This document shows positions 30,941-42,670 of a stretch of 64,000 nucleotides of DNA, piece after piece. Under the pieces are notes generated by a model. That model saw only the letters and a program-made list of their open reading frames with translations, was not told the DNA's origin and ran no database searches. The DNA is from an uncultured Planctomycetaceae bacterium (GTDB lineage: Bacteria > Planctomycetota > Planctomycetia > Isosphaerales > Isosphaeraceae), in NCBI GenBank assembly GCA_963833985.1, contig CAWIAD010000002.1, positions 6,464,001 to 6,528,000 on the forward strand, written 5' to 3'. Position 1 is the first letter of the stretch. Each line of letters opens with the position of its first letter. The position numbers and the translations under genes are program-made.

Positions 30941-32113
30941 TCAGGCCGCGGTGAGCCAGTGGCGGATGCGGCTCACCTCGCGTGCCCAGCCGGCGCTCGC
31001 CCGGCGCCGCCGGTAGGCGTCGAAGAGCAGGTCAAGCGTTTCCGCCAGGTGGCGCAGGCTCTCGACCCGGGCGATCCGGGCATCGCTCACCGAGAGCTTT
31101 GCCTCCTCGGGCTTCGGCAGAAGGGCACCGGAGACGGCGAGGGATTCGGCCTGCAAGGTCAGCTCATACTGGGCACCGTGGCGGACCAGGATCAATCCGG
31201 CCCTGCGCGGCAGCTTGCCGGACTGGAGCGCGCGCAGCGCTTCCGGCAGGCGCGTGGGAGCCTCGTCCGTGAGGCTGTCACGGCCGGTCTCGCCGCGCGG
31301 ACAGTCGAGCGTGAGCGTCTTGGTGAGCATCACCGCAACCTCGGATCCATCGGCCAGGGGCACGGTGTCGCTGTCGTTCTGAAGCGTGTGCCAGAGCCAG
31401 ACCAGGAACTCGTTGCCGAGGTGGTCCAGCATGTTCGGTGCGTTCTCGGACCAGGCCACCGAGGCCAGCTCCGAGGGCTCGCCGCCGACCAGGCTGAGCA
31501 ACCCCGCGCCCGGCCGTTCCTGCTCCTGCTCGGCGTCCGACCCGCCCAGGGTCGTGGCCAGGCTGCCGGCGGTGATCGGCTCCAGGCTGCGATCGAAGGT
31601 GTCGCGGAACAGGGTCATGAGCCGTTCCAGGACGGTGGTGCTGGCCGTCCCGGCGTAGAGGACGCCCGAGGCGCCATCCCACAGAACGGGGTAATGGTTG
31701 AGCCGGCGAAATCGCCCATCGGCGGCCTCGGCCTCGGCGCGGATCCGTGCGGCTTCCTTCGCCTCCTGGCGCTGGGCCTTCGTGGGTTGCCCGCTGGGGT
31801 TCTGACTGGCGCGCGCCTCGGTCTCGATCTGGGTGTATGCCTTCAGGAGCGATCCGGGGATCTTGTCGGTGTCGATGCGGATGGCCAGGTGGAGCGCATC
31901 GCCCACGATGTTCTTGGCCCGGTCGAAGGTCAGGTCAAGCACGTGCTCGCCGCCGGACCAGCCTGTGCAGACGCCGTCGGTTGGATCGGCCGCTCCATGG
32001 CGACCCGCGGCATGGCGGGCGGCCAGGGCGAGCACCTCATCGGCGAAAGGTAAGGGTGAAGGCCCACCCACACGATACCGCGTGAACGTCACGCGTCCAT
32101 TGAAGAACGCCAT
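30941..32113 (-). CDS. Conserved hypothetical protein, RdgC-like
   Basis: M.FF.G.VTF.RY.V, LAIRID..KIP..LLKA, LGNEFLVWLW, EA..AL..GKLP motifs resemble RdgC-related proteins. Confidence 0.55.
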   Translation of the reverse strand: MAFFNGRVTFTRYRVGGPSPLPFADEVLALAARHAAGRHGAADPTDGVCTGWSGGEHVLDLTFDRAKNIVGDALHLAIRIDTDKIPGSLLKAYTQIETEARASQNPSGQPTKAQRQEAKEAARIRAEAEAADGRFRRLNHYPVLWDGASGVLYAGTASTTVLERLMTLFRDTFDRSLEPITAGSLATTLGGSDAEQEQERPGAGLLSLVGGEPSELASVAWSENAPNMLDHLGNEFLVWLWHTLQNDSDTVPLADGSEVAVMLTKTLTLDCPRGETGRDSLTDEAPTRLPEALRALQSGKLPRRAGLILVRHGAQYELTLQAESLAVSGALLPKPEEAKLSVSDARIARVESLRHLAETLDLLFDAYRRRRASAGWAREVSRIRHWLTAA

Positions 32114-32272
32114 GCTCCGGTCCCTCCTCGAGTTCGCCCGGGTGGTCGGAAACGCGCAAAGAGGCCCGCGAACCAGCCAGGACTTCCTCTAGATCGGCGC
32201 AGCGTGCTCTGCTCTGCACTGCCTTGCCGCGACCGCCGGTCCTGAGTCTGCCAGTCAGCCGCCTGGTTCCGG

Positions 32273-32770
32273 TCAGGTGAAGTTGACGAACTGGAGCGGG
32301 TAGGCCGGACCGTACTGCTTGAGGTGGGCGATGACGGCCTGGAGGTCATCGAGCTTCTTGCCGGTCACGCGGACCTTGTCGTCCATGATCTGGGCCTGGA
32401 CCTTGAGCTTGAGCTGCTTGATGTCCTTGACGATCTTTCGCGCATCCTCCGAATCAATGCCGGTATGCAGCTTCAAGGTCTCGCGGACCGAGTCATGCGA
32501 GGCTTCCTCCAGCTTGCCGCGAATGAGCGCGTTCACCGGCACGCTGCGCTTCGCCATCTTTTCCTTGAGCACCTGGATGACCGTTTCGAGCTGGCCCTTG
32601 TGGTCCGCCAGGAGGGTCAGGCTGTTCTCGACCTTGTTGAAGTCGATCGAGGCCTTCGTGCCCTTGAAATCGTAGCGCACGGCGATCTCATGCTGGGCCT
32701 GGACGACCGCATTATGCATCTCGGCGTGGTTGATCTCGCTGACGACGTCGAACGCGTGGTTGTCGGCCAT
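32273..32770 (-). CDS. yajQ: YajQ family nucleotide/c-di-GMP-binding protein
   Basis: FDVVSE, RYDFKG, KLKVQAQI, VRVTGKK.DDLQAVI, LQFVNF. Confidence 0.93.
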   Translation of the reverse strand: MADNHAFDVVSEINHAEMHNAVVQAQHEIAVRYDFKGTKASIDFNKVENSLTLLADHKGQLETVIQVLKEKMAKRSVPVNALIRGKLEEASHDSVRETLKLHTGIDSEDARKIVKDIKQLKLKVQAQIMDDKVRVTGKKLDDLQAVIAHLKQYGPAYPLQFVNFT

Positions 32771-33074
32771 GGCGGAACTCCAGTGTCTGGGCTGCGATGC
32801 GCTGCCGGCGGCTGATGATCCTATGGGATGTACAGGTTATTCCATAGACCAGGCCGCGCACAGACAAGGGATTCGTGACGACAACGGGAGAGCGGACCGC
32901 CTGCCGAGGTCTCCTGGGCTTACAGGAAGCGAGCAGGAGCAGCCGGCCCCATCGCCGCCGGCGGCCGTTGAGATCAAGGAGACCGGTGCTCCAATCGACA
33001 CGCCCTTCCCCGGCCAGCCGCGAAAGGAACTGGAGAATCACGCTCAGCGCCGTTGCTCGGTGAGAAGCTGGCGG

Positions 33075-33308
33075 TCAAGGCCGGGCGGCGGTGAACGGCG
33101 GTCTGGCATCAGCGTTCCGCCTGCGTTGCAAGGGCCGGGGCGTGCTCATCGGTGGGTTGGCTGGCGTGCCCGCGCCTTTCTCGAGGGTGTCGCAGATCAG
33201 GCCGGTCACCAGCCAGCAGAGCGGGACATGCTGCTGGCACGCTGCCTTCCTGAGATGCTGAAGCAATTCGTTCGAGAGGGTGACTTGAACGTGCGGTGGA
33301 CGTCTCAT
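33075..33308 (-). CDS. Small protein with a probable ribbon-helix-helix fold
   Basis: Strong GGAGGAAGG RBS; VQVTLSNELLQHLRKAA...VPL.WLV..LI strand-helix-helix pattern. Confidence 0.5.
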   Translation of the reverse strand: MRRPPHVQVTLSNELLQHLRKAACQQHVPLCWLVTGLICDTLEKGAGTPANPPMSTPRPLQRRRNADARPPFTAARP

Positions 33309-33531
33309 GGCCTTCCTCCGAGTCCCTCCGGGATGGCGGCACCATGGTGCCGGCTCACGGACGTGATGAACTTCCTTGTGCGGCGAGTGGCCAACGCTCG
33401 ATGGCTCGCCGCGAATCGGGGTTCCAATCCAACCCTAGCTGATCGGCGGCTCGGATGTGCGTGAAAGTGCATGAGTTCAGGAGATTCCCTAGCCGCATCC
33501 GGGGAGTTCACCGGGCCTGGACTCGCTCGGT

Positions 33532-34092
33532 TCACCGCCCGCCGGGCTTCAAGGCGGTGCGTCCCGGCGTCCGGTACGCCACCGTCCGCTCGGTGAACTG
33601 CCCCGCCGTGATCTTGGCGCCGATGGCGGGCGGGATGGCGACGACCTTCTTCACCCGCTCGTAACTCAAGCCCGAATCGACCATTGCATTGAGAGTGGGC
33701 AGGAAGACGGTTGCATAGAACGGCCCCAGCTTGTGGGCAACTTGCTGGTCGTACGTTTCCGACGTGAGGGTCTTCTTCCTGGCGACCGCGGTGCCGTCGC
33801 CGGCCGGTGCCTGCCCCGTCCCGCGCGGACCGCCCCGGCGCAGGCCCCGGGCGCGGGCCCCCATCACCGCCGCGACGATTCCGCGTTCCTTGGCCGCGGA
33901 TTCGCCAAGGCCGTCGCGTACCGCCCTGGCATAGGTGTACGTCGCGAGGATCTCGAACTTCCCGATCCGAGTTTCCGCCTGCGCGGGAGTGAGCGCGGCA
34001 GAGTCTTGAACCGGTGCGGAGCCGGCGGCGATGCCGGGGACCAGCGCCAGCCAGCACATCGAGAAAAGTCGTCGGGCGGGTCGGATCGTCAT
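33532..34092 (-). CDS. Hypothetical secreted protein
   Basis: Signal-like N-terminus, then RIGKFEILATYTYA...AKERGIVAAVMGA; start uncertain. Confidence 0.55.
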   Translation of the reverse strand: MTIRPARRLFSMCWLALVPGIAAGSAPVQDSAALTPAQAETRIGKFEILATYTYARAVRDGLGESAAKERGIVAAVMGARARGLRRGGPRGTGQAPAGDGTAVARKKTLTSETYDQQVAHKLGPFYATVFLPTLNAMVDSGLSYERVKKVVAIPPAIGAKITAGQFTERTVAYRTPGRTALKPGGR

Positions 34093-34325
34093 CGACAGGT
34101 ACCCTGCTTCGGACGGTGTCGGAGTCCGGCGGGGCAGTAGCAAGTTTCCATGATCGTAACCTTTCCGGATGCCGGCCACCAGCACCTGGCTGATTCTTCG
34201 CCCGCGCCGGCGTACGTGGCGAATCGATCTTGTTGCAGCACCGCCCGGTTCGCAGAATAACTGTTGAACAAGCGAGATTGTCCCAGCGCGGGACGTTTTT
34301 TTATGAAGACTCAGAGGGACAGTGG

Positions 34326-35974
34326 ATGCCCGTAGGTCTGTGGTTCTTCGTGTCCGGGCTGGCCGTGACCGCGGGATGGACTGAGGGAACCGCCGGTCCG
34401 GCCGCGGAGGAAGCCGCTCGCAGCGCGCTCGCCGAGCCCATTGTGATCCGGCTGGTTCATCCCGAGCGGCAGGCGGCCGCGATCCTGCGGCTGTTCGATG
34501 GTTGTACCGCACCGCACCCGGCCGCGGCGTTGGCCGCCTGGAAGCAGTCCACGACAGGTCCCGGGCAGCTTGGCAAGACGGGTGAGGCCCTGATCGCCTG
34601 CTTCAACCCCGAGATGGTCCGCGAGTGGAGCGTCCTCGACGGGGCGAGTCTCCAGATCGGCATCGATGCCGGATCCGGCCTGGCGCGCTGGCGACTGGAG
34701 GCTCCGGGGGACGACGGCACCATCGCCGCGCTGATCACTGCGCTACGGCTTTCCGGTGGTGGTGACGAGCCGCCGTTCGGCGCCGGGCTCTCGGCCGTGC
34801 GACGGCTGGGAGGCCCGGGAGCGGCGGTCGGCCTGCGCACCGCGGAGGGAGTCATCGTGGCCAGCTCGCGGGCCGAGCTCGAACGCGGGCCCGTACCTGG
34901 CCCGGCGCAGCCGCAGATGCTCGAACAGGAATCGGGCCTGCTCTTCCGGATCGAGCCCGACCGTCTGCCCCTACCATCCCACGGCTCGGCGGCGAGACGC
35001 CGCGCCATGGTCCTGGCGCGAGGTTCGGGACTCCGATCGGTTGCCGGTCGCCTGGCCATTGTGGACGACCGGGTTCGGCTGCTGGTTGCCTCCCAGGTCG
35101 AACTCCAGGGACCGCCGGGGCGTGGGGAAAAGAGCCAGTCAGCCATCGATCCCCAGTGGCTGAAGTGGATCCCGGCCGCCCAGACCGGCGCGGTGGGCTC
35201 GTTGGTACTCGGCCCGGACGCCGGTTTCTGGGACCGCGTCTTCACGCTGGCCGATCGCGTCGATCGCGCCGACCCGGAGCGGGCGAATCTCGCCCCCTTG
35301 CGCACTCGAATCAACCTGCTGGCAGCCGCGCTTGGGCGCGCATCGAATCCGACCTGTGGCCGCACCTGCGAGGCATGACGGTCGCCTGGCTGGTGGACCC
35401 CGAGCACCCGGAGCAGTCAGGCCGCGGCGCCCTGGTGCTCCAGATGGACGACGAAGCCACCGCGGCAACCCTGGTTGAGACCGTCTTGCCAAGGCTGGCC
35501 CGGTTCTGGGCGAACGCCCGCAGCGCGTCGGCGTCGGCGCCAGCGGTCGTGCCCGCGGGCGATCGGGCTGCGGCTCGTTTCCTGGGGCGGCCCGGCGGCC
35601 AGCCTCTCGAGGCCCGTGCGGTGGGTCGGCTAGTCCTCGTTGGCTGGGGCGAGCGCACGCTCGAGGCCATGGAGGGGGCCGCCAAGAACCCTCGCAGCTC
35701 GCTCCTGGAGAGCGTCCAGGCGGCAGCCCAGGAGCGGGCGGCCGGGCGGCTCGTGCGGTTCGCGGCCTTCTGGCCGGGACGGATACGCCTCCCGATCCCG
35801 GGGCTCAACGGGCCAACGTCCCTGGCACGCTGTCTGGCGCAAGGGCCGCCCATCACCTGGGCCGGCTGGGTTGGCGCGGGCGGGGCGCTGGACCGCGTTG
35901 ACTGGCCGGGCCTGCACCGCCAGGTCGAGCGTTTTCTGGCTTCGCTTCCACTGCAACGGCCGGGGCAGCGCTGA
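34326..35974 (+). CDS. Hypothetical protein; frameshift near 35335
   Basis: ORFs 34230..35378 and 35156..35974 join at LLAAALG / ARIESDLWPHL; GAGGG RBS. Confidence 0.55.
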
Positions 35975-35995
35975 GCTGGGCCGGGAGCATCAGCC

Positions 35996-36997
35996 ATGCG
36001 GCTCATTGATCTGCACTGTGACTGGGCCCGGCAGTATGCGGCAGAGGTGTGCCGTCCCGGGGCCACGGACCTCGCGGCGGTCCGCAGCCGGCTCGGCCAG
36101 GTAGAAGGATACCTCTCGGGCACGGCCCTCGCGGTCCTCTGCTGCGGTCAGGATGCGCGTGCCGGTGCGGATCCGCAGGCAAGCTGGCTGGCCCTGGGCG
36201 AACAGATCACCCGCTACGAGGCCGAGTTCCCGGGCCGGCTGCTGCTCGGTTCGCAGGACGTGGAGCGCTGGAAGGCCGAGCCCGCGGAAGGACTGTGCTG
36301 GGGAATGCTCAAGATCGGCGGTCTCGACGACCTGGTACGCACGACCGGCGACCTGGACCGGCTGCCTGGCCTCTTCCACCGCGGGGTTCGGTTCTTCCAG
36401 GTGGTGGCGAATTCGCCGGGCGCACTCACAGCGCCGGCGGATGGCACAGGGGGCCTGACGGCTCTGGGCCGCGGCTTGCTCGAAGGCCTGGAGGCGCTGG
36501 CCCGAGCTGCCGGGCCCGCGGGGCCGCGGCCCGTGGTGGACGTTGCGGCCATGAGCGCCCGCGCCACGAGCGACGTGCTGAGCTGGTTCGAAAGCGACCC
36601 GGAGCGGGCCGACCGTCTGTTACTGGTGCGCTCGCACGGGACGATCGCGACCGCGGCCAGGTCCGCCGAGACCGGCCTGTCCGACGTGAACCTGAAGCGG
36701 CTGCGTGCCCTTGGCGGAGTGGTGGGCCTTACTCCCGGATTGCCGCACTTCACGATCACTGGCGAGTTCAGCGCCGCCATCGAAACCGCCGCTGCCGTGC
36801 CCTTTCGCGGCACGGCCGGGTATGCCGGCATCGCGCTGGGGACCGACTTCCTCGGCCTGGAACAGACGCTTCCCGAAGCGGAGAACGTCCTGCGGCTGTC
36901 GGCCTGGATCGCGGCCGGCTTCGATTCGGATGCAGCCCAGCTGCTCCAGCGGGGCAATGCCTGGGGGTTACTTCTGAAGTCCGCGGGAGCAGCGTGA
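35996..36997 (+). CDS. Membrane dipeptidase (peptidase M19)-like amidohydrolase
   Basis: LIDLHCD, GLTALGR, VDVA, SH, GGVVG, IALGTDFLG, GNA. Confidence 0.75.
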   Translation: MRLIDLHCDWARQYAAEVCRPGATDLAAVRSRLGQVEGYLSGTALAVLCCGQDARAGADPQASWLALGEQITRYEAEFPGRLLLGSQDVERWKAEPAEGLCWGMLKIGGLDDLVRTTGDLDRLPGLFHRGVRFFQVVANSPGALTAPADGTGGLTALGRGLLEGLEALARAAGPAGPRPVVDVAAMSARATSDVLSWFESDPERADRLLLVRSHGTIATAARSAETGLSDVNLKRLRALGGVVGLTPGLPHFTITGEFSAAIETAAAVPFRGTAGYAGIALGTDFLGLEQTLPEAENVLRLSAWIAAGFDSDAAQLLQRGNAWGLLLKSAGAA

Positions 36998-37195
36998 AGC
37001 GGGGCCCGGTCCAGCGCACGCCGCAGTCCGCGGGCGCGGGCTCAGGCGACGCCATTCATACAAAGCGGAACGAATGCCACCGCAACCACCTTCTTTCACG
37101 AATCTTTGCGTGAACTTCACCTCGTCCCTGCCATGTACGGCTACACTACCGCGTCGAGGGGACCTTGCTTGCTGGAGGCTTTCCGGAGAATTGCC

Positions 37196-38272
37196 GTGGA
37201 ATCGATGGGACGAGCGCGACGTGGGCGGCCGGGCTTCACCCTGATCGAACTTCTGGTGGTCATTGCCATCATCGCGGTGCTGATCTCGCTGCTCTTGCCC
37301 GCGGTCCAGTCGGCGCGCGAGGCAGCGCGGCGGGCTTCATGCATCAATAATTTGAAGCAGATCGGCCTGGCGATGCACAACTTCGAGAGCAGCCGGCAGA
37401 TCCTGCCGCCGACCTGGGCCATCTCGACACCACTCCTGAAGCCGCCCTTCCAGCCCATCGATCTCACCTCGCTGCCGCCGACGAACCCGAACTATGAGCC
37501 TCCCTGCCCGATCCAGGTTGGTGAGGTTTGTAACCTGGCCGTGGACGTCCAGTCCTGGCCGGCCTTGATCCTGCCATTCGCCGAGCAGGCTCCGATGTAC
37601 GGCAGCTTCAACCTGTCCCAGCCCTTTTCCGCGCCGGTGAACACCACCGTCGTCGGCACCGAGCTTTCCTTCATGAATTGCCCCTCCGCGCCCGGCTTGC
37701 GATATGCGGCGTACACCGATCCGCTTTCCCAGCTTTTCTACGGAGCCAGCTGGAGCGTGAACCTGGCGGCCGGCGATTACGCGGTCGATGACGGTGTGAA
37801 CGATAGCTGGATGGTCCTGAACAACGTGCCGCACCCTCTCGGGCAGGACACCTACGGCCTGTTGCACGGCAATATCGCGCGGCGGATCGCCGAGATCACC
37901 GATGGCACTTCGAACACGATCATGGTCTCGGAGGATGCGGGCCGGCCCGACCTTTACCTCGAAGGCCGTCAGATCGCGGCCGGGACGTCGCTCCCGTGGT
38001 ACCAGGGAGGATCGCCCGTGAGCCTGGCGGTGAACGGCTCAGGCGCGGGCTGGGCAGACTACAACAGCGAGTTCTATACCGACGGCGACGGCAGTAACCA
38101 GCACACCAACTGGAGCAGCAACAACGAGGTGTATTCCTTTCATCCCGGAGGCGCCAACCACGTCTTCGCGGATGGGTCGGTTCACTTCATCCGGCAGAGC
38201 ACGGCACCCTCGGTGTTCGTGGCGTTGATCAGCCCCAACAAGGGAGAGATCATCTCCGCTGACGCGTACTGA
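37196..38272 (+). CDS. DUF1559 prepilin-type N-terminal cleavage/methylation protein
   Basis: [70 protein letters not shown]. Confidence 0.95.
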   Translation: MESMGRARRGRPGFTLIELLVVIAIIAVLISLLLPAVQSAREAARRASCINNLKQIGLAMHNFESSRQILPPTWAISTPLLKPPFQPIDLTSLPPTNPNYEPPCPIQVGEVCNLAVDVQSWPALILPFAEQAPMYGSFNLSQPFSAPVNTTVVGTELSFMNCPSAPGLRYAAYTDPLSQLFYGASWSVNLAAGDYAVDDGVNDSWMVLNNVPHPLGQDTYGLLHGNIARRIAEITDGTSNTIMVSEDAGRPDLYLEGRQIAAGTSLPWYQGGSPVSLAVNGSGAGWADYNSEFYTDGDGSNQHTNWSSNNEVYSFHPGGANHVFADGSVHFIRQSTAPSVFVALISPNKGEIISADAY

Positions 38273-38357
38273 GCGCTGCCTTGTGCCACGCCGGTTTGTT
38301 CGCGGATCCAGGAGTTCGGATCGCGAGTCCCGACTTTACGGACCTTCGAGGAATGTC

Positions 38358-38870
38358 ATGGCTGCTGTTCTGGTCTACCGTATGCTGCGGGTCCGGATGC
38401 TGGCACTGCTGGTGGCCGTGATGACCGCGGCGGTCGCCTGCAACCAGGCGCTGCAGGGGCGGCTGCCTGTCTACAGCGTGAAGGGAAGAGTGCTCTACAA
38501 GGGAAGTCCGCTGGCCGCGGCGCTCGTGGTTTTCGAGCGGGCGGAGACGGTCCCGCCAAGATCTTCCCGGGATTCTGCCCCGGCTGCCGGTACGGGTCCT
38601 GTCCGGGCCACAGGAAGAACCGGTCCAGACGGATACTTCGAGCTGATGACCTATCAGGGCAATGACGGAGCCCCCGCTGGCGAATATCGTGTCGGCATCT
38701 CCAGCACCCCGCCCCACTCCGAGTCCGGCATCTTCTCGAATTCACCCGGCACGGTCCTCAAGGGGAATCCCGATGTCCTGCGCGGCCGCTATGCCGACCC
38801 CAGGAGCTCGGGCCTGCGGGCAACGGTGAACGAACAGGACAACGAACTGCCGCCTTTCCAGTTGCCCTGA
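38358..38870 (+). CDS. Carboxypeptidase-regulatory-like lipoprotein, the usual DUF1559 partner
   Basis: Lipobox AVAC; V.G.V.YKG.PL..A.V.F, T..DG.F.L.TY...DGAP.GEYRV, Y.DP..SGL. Confidence 0.8.
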   Translation: MAAVLVYRMLRVRMLALLVAVMTAAVACNQALQGRLPVYSVKGRVLYKGSPLAAALVVFERAETVPPRSSRDSAPAAGTGPVRATGRTGPDGYFELMTYQGNDGAPAGEYRVGISSTPPHSESGIFSNSPGTVLKGNPDVLRGRYADPRSSGLRATVNEQDNELPPFQLP

Positions 38871-38995
38871 TTTGCCTCTTTGCGACGGCGTGCCGCGGCT
38901 GGCCGTCCATCTCAGGCCGAGACTCGGGATTCGGCCATGCCCGGCCGGCAGGGATCATCCCGCACTGGCAAGGACCATCCGCCCCGGGGCATAAT

Positions 38996-39021
38996 GATTC
39001 TGGATAGGAACGTCCGGAATC
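38996..39021 (+). promoter_or_regulatory. Inverted repeat, candidate Rrf2 autoregulatory operator
   Basis: GATTCTGGA-N8-TCCGGAATC (8/9 match) immediately after a CATAAT -10-like box and 12 nt before the Rrf2 start. Confidence 0.5.
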
Positions 39022-39033
39022 GCTTGCCCGAGG

Positions 39034-39501
39034 ATGCCGATGATTTCCCAGACTGCCGAGTATGCCCTCCGCGCCGTGGTGGTGCTGGGAAGCCAGCATG
39101 GCCGGCCCATGACCACGCAGGAGATCGCCACGGTTTCGCGAGTTCCCAGCAATTACCTGAGCAAGGTCTTACAGGGGCTCGGTAAAGCCGGATTGGTGGA
39201 GGCGCGGCGGGGATTGCGGGGAGGTTACGTGCTGAGCCGCACGCTCGACTTGCTCACCATGTACGATATCGTCCAGGCCGTGGACCCGGTGAAGCGGATC
39301 AAGGAGTGCCCGCTGCGGCTGAGTGCCCACTCGAGCAGGCTCTGCGTACTTCACCAGCGCCTGGATGAAGCGGCGGCACTCCTGGAAAGCTGCTTCAAGC
39401 AGACGACGATCGCGTCCCTGCTGAACGATCCCGGCGGCGCGCCCATTCCGGGACCGCTTTGTCCGGCGCCGGTGGTACCGGAAGAAGCGGCCCGGACCTG
39501 A
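39034..39501 (+). CDS. Rrf2 family transcriptional regulator
   Basis: ISQTAEYALRA, YLSKVLQ.L.KAGLV...RG..GGY.L, CPL...H...LC.LH. Confidence 0.92.
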   Translation: MPMISQTAEYALRAVVVLGSQHGRPMTTQEIATVSRVPSNYLSKVLQGLGKAGLVEARRGLRGGYVLSRTLDLLTMYDIVQAVDPVKRIKECPLRLSAHSSRLCVLHQRLDEAAALLESCFKQTTIASLLNDPGGAPIPGPLCPAPVVPEEAART

Positions 39502-39515
39502 CTGAGCGCCATCGA

Positions 39516-40177
39516 TCAAGGAGACTGCGTCACATCGAGCCACGGTTTGGAAACCTCATAGCTTGGCTTTTCAATGCCCGTGGTCCAGTCGCGGATGTGG
39601 TAGCCTCCGCTATTGCCCGTGCCCATGAACATCGGCTGCATGAAGATCGCGGGATAGGGCATGGTGACGAATCGCGTTGTGGCGGCCCTGGACCCCGGTG
39701 CCGGCCCGCGAGCCCTGGCGATCGCACCGGGCTGCCGGCCCACGAACTCGAGGGAGGCCATGAAGCGAGCATGGTCTTCCGGCGTGTCCGCAAGTCCCGT
39801 GATGTTGATCTCGGCCCGCGCGCGGTCGGCGGTACGCTCGAAAGGTTCATGCTCAGGTCGAGAGACTCTGGGGTGCGGCGCAGCTCCCTGCGGAACCAGG
39901 GCGCGGGCGAGTTCGGGTGGTAGAAGGTGATGCTTCCCTGTAGCCCGGTCGTTGCCGCCGGCTGACCGTTTGCGGTACGGACAAAGACGCGAACGCCGGT
40001 GCGGTAGAAAAACACCGTGCAGCGCCACTGGCCAATCATGGCCGTTGCTCCCCCGTTTGGGGTGCTGGTCGTGACCACGCGGCCCGCTGTCTGGGCGGCT
40101 GGAGCCAGAGTTGACTGGACAAGAACACACAGTGTGGCAGTCAGCGCGACCACCACTCCTCTGAAATGAGCGAACAT
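39516..40177 (-). CDS. Hypothetical secreted protein; frameshift near 39820
   Basis: ATG 40177 with GAGGT RBS and signal peptide MFAHFRGVVVALTATLCVLVQ; continues as ARAEINITGL...RDWTTG...KPWL in a second frame. Confidence 0.6.
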
Positions 40178-40230
40178 GGATGTACCTCGCGCGTTGAGTG
40201 ACGCATATGACTTGATCTGAAGAAACAATA

Positions 40231-40247
40231 GTGCAAATCGCATGCCG
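40231..40247 (-). promoter_or_regulatory. sigma54 (-24/-12) promoter for the divergent secreted-protein gene
   Basis: Minus strand CGGCATGCGATTTGCAC: GG-N10-GC with GGCA and TTGC cores. Confidence 0.6.
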
Positions 40248-40439
40248 CATCCTGAAGCGGTTCCGCGCGCTCGGAGCAACGGCTGGCCGATTGCCGGTCC
40301 GGGGTCGCGTGTGTGGCTTGCTGCCGAAATGGCAGACAAGGGTGCCGGTCTGTCGCGAACGGCAGGACTGCAACTCTGGCCGCGCGCTCGCCATTTTCCT
40401 AAGTCCTGTTTTATCAGTCGTTTGTGTACGAGTATCGGG

Positions 40440-40457
40440 TGGGCATACTGGTTGCAT
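40440..40457 (+). promoter_or_regulatory. sigma54 (-24/-12) promoter of groES-groEL
   Basis: TGGGCATACTGGTTGCAT: GG (40442-3)-N10-GC (40454-5) with GGCA and TTGCA cores. Confidence 0.65.
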
Positions 40458-40590
40458 ATAGGGAGCGGCGTGATGAGGGTCCGCGTGCTGAAGCGAAGCT
40501 GGGAGCCCCGTCTGGTGGGCCAGGGCCGATGCGCTCACGGGCCCGGGTGATTCCTCCGCAACGTTCGAGCTGAAAAGGGAGACACGATCG

Positions 40591-40881
40591 ATGAATCTGA
40601 AGCCGCTGGGCGATCGCGTGGTCGTTGAGCGTGAAGAGGCGAAAGGGACGACGGCTGGCGGAATCGTCCTTCCGGACACGGCCAAAGACAAGCCCCAGAA
40701 GGGCAAGGTCCTGGCAGTGGGTGACGGGCGCATCACCAAGGATGGCAAGCGTCGGGAATTGCAGGTGAAGGTGGGTGACGTGGTGCTGTTCACCTCCTAT
40801 GCCGGCGAGGAGTTCAAGCTGGGCGGCGAGCGGAAGGTGCTGCTGATGCGTGAAGAAGACATTCTTGCGGTCCTGGGTTGA
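40591..40881 (+). CDS. groES: Co-chaperonin GroES
   Basis: [40 protein letters not shown]. Confidence 0.98.
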   Translation: MNLKPLGDRVVVEREEAKGTTAGGIVLPDTAKDKPQKGKVLAVGDGRITKDGKRRELQVKVGDVVLFTSYAGEEFKLGGERKVLLMREEDILAVLG

Positions 40882-40957
40882 GGTGATGGTTTCCCGGGGC
40901 CATCGCGCGGGCGCTCTTTTTTGATATTCACACAATGGGGACGGGAGTACACAGCAG

Positions 40958-42586
<1,629 letters not shown>

Positions 42587-42614
42587 TAAGGTGAGAGCAG
42601 GAACACCGTTCCGC

Positions 42615-42649
42615 CAGGGCGCCCGACAAGAAACCGGGCGCCCTGTTTT
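42615..42649 (+). terminator. Intrinsic terminator after groEL
   Basis: CAGGGCGCCCG / CGGGCGCCCTG perfect 11-bp stem followed by TTTT. Confidence 0.8.
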
Positions 42650-42670
42650 ATTGACCCTGGGACGGCGAGC

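Noticed and set aside
40250..40590. CIRCE/HrcA operator upstream of groES
   Set aside because: No TTAGCACTC-N9-GAGTGCTAA match was found.
40895..40922. Terminator between groES and groEL
   Set aside because: A T-run is present but the preceding stem is weak and irregular.
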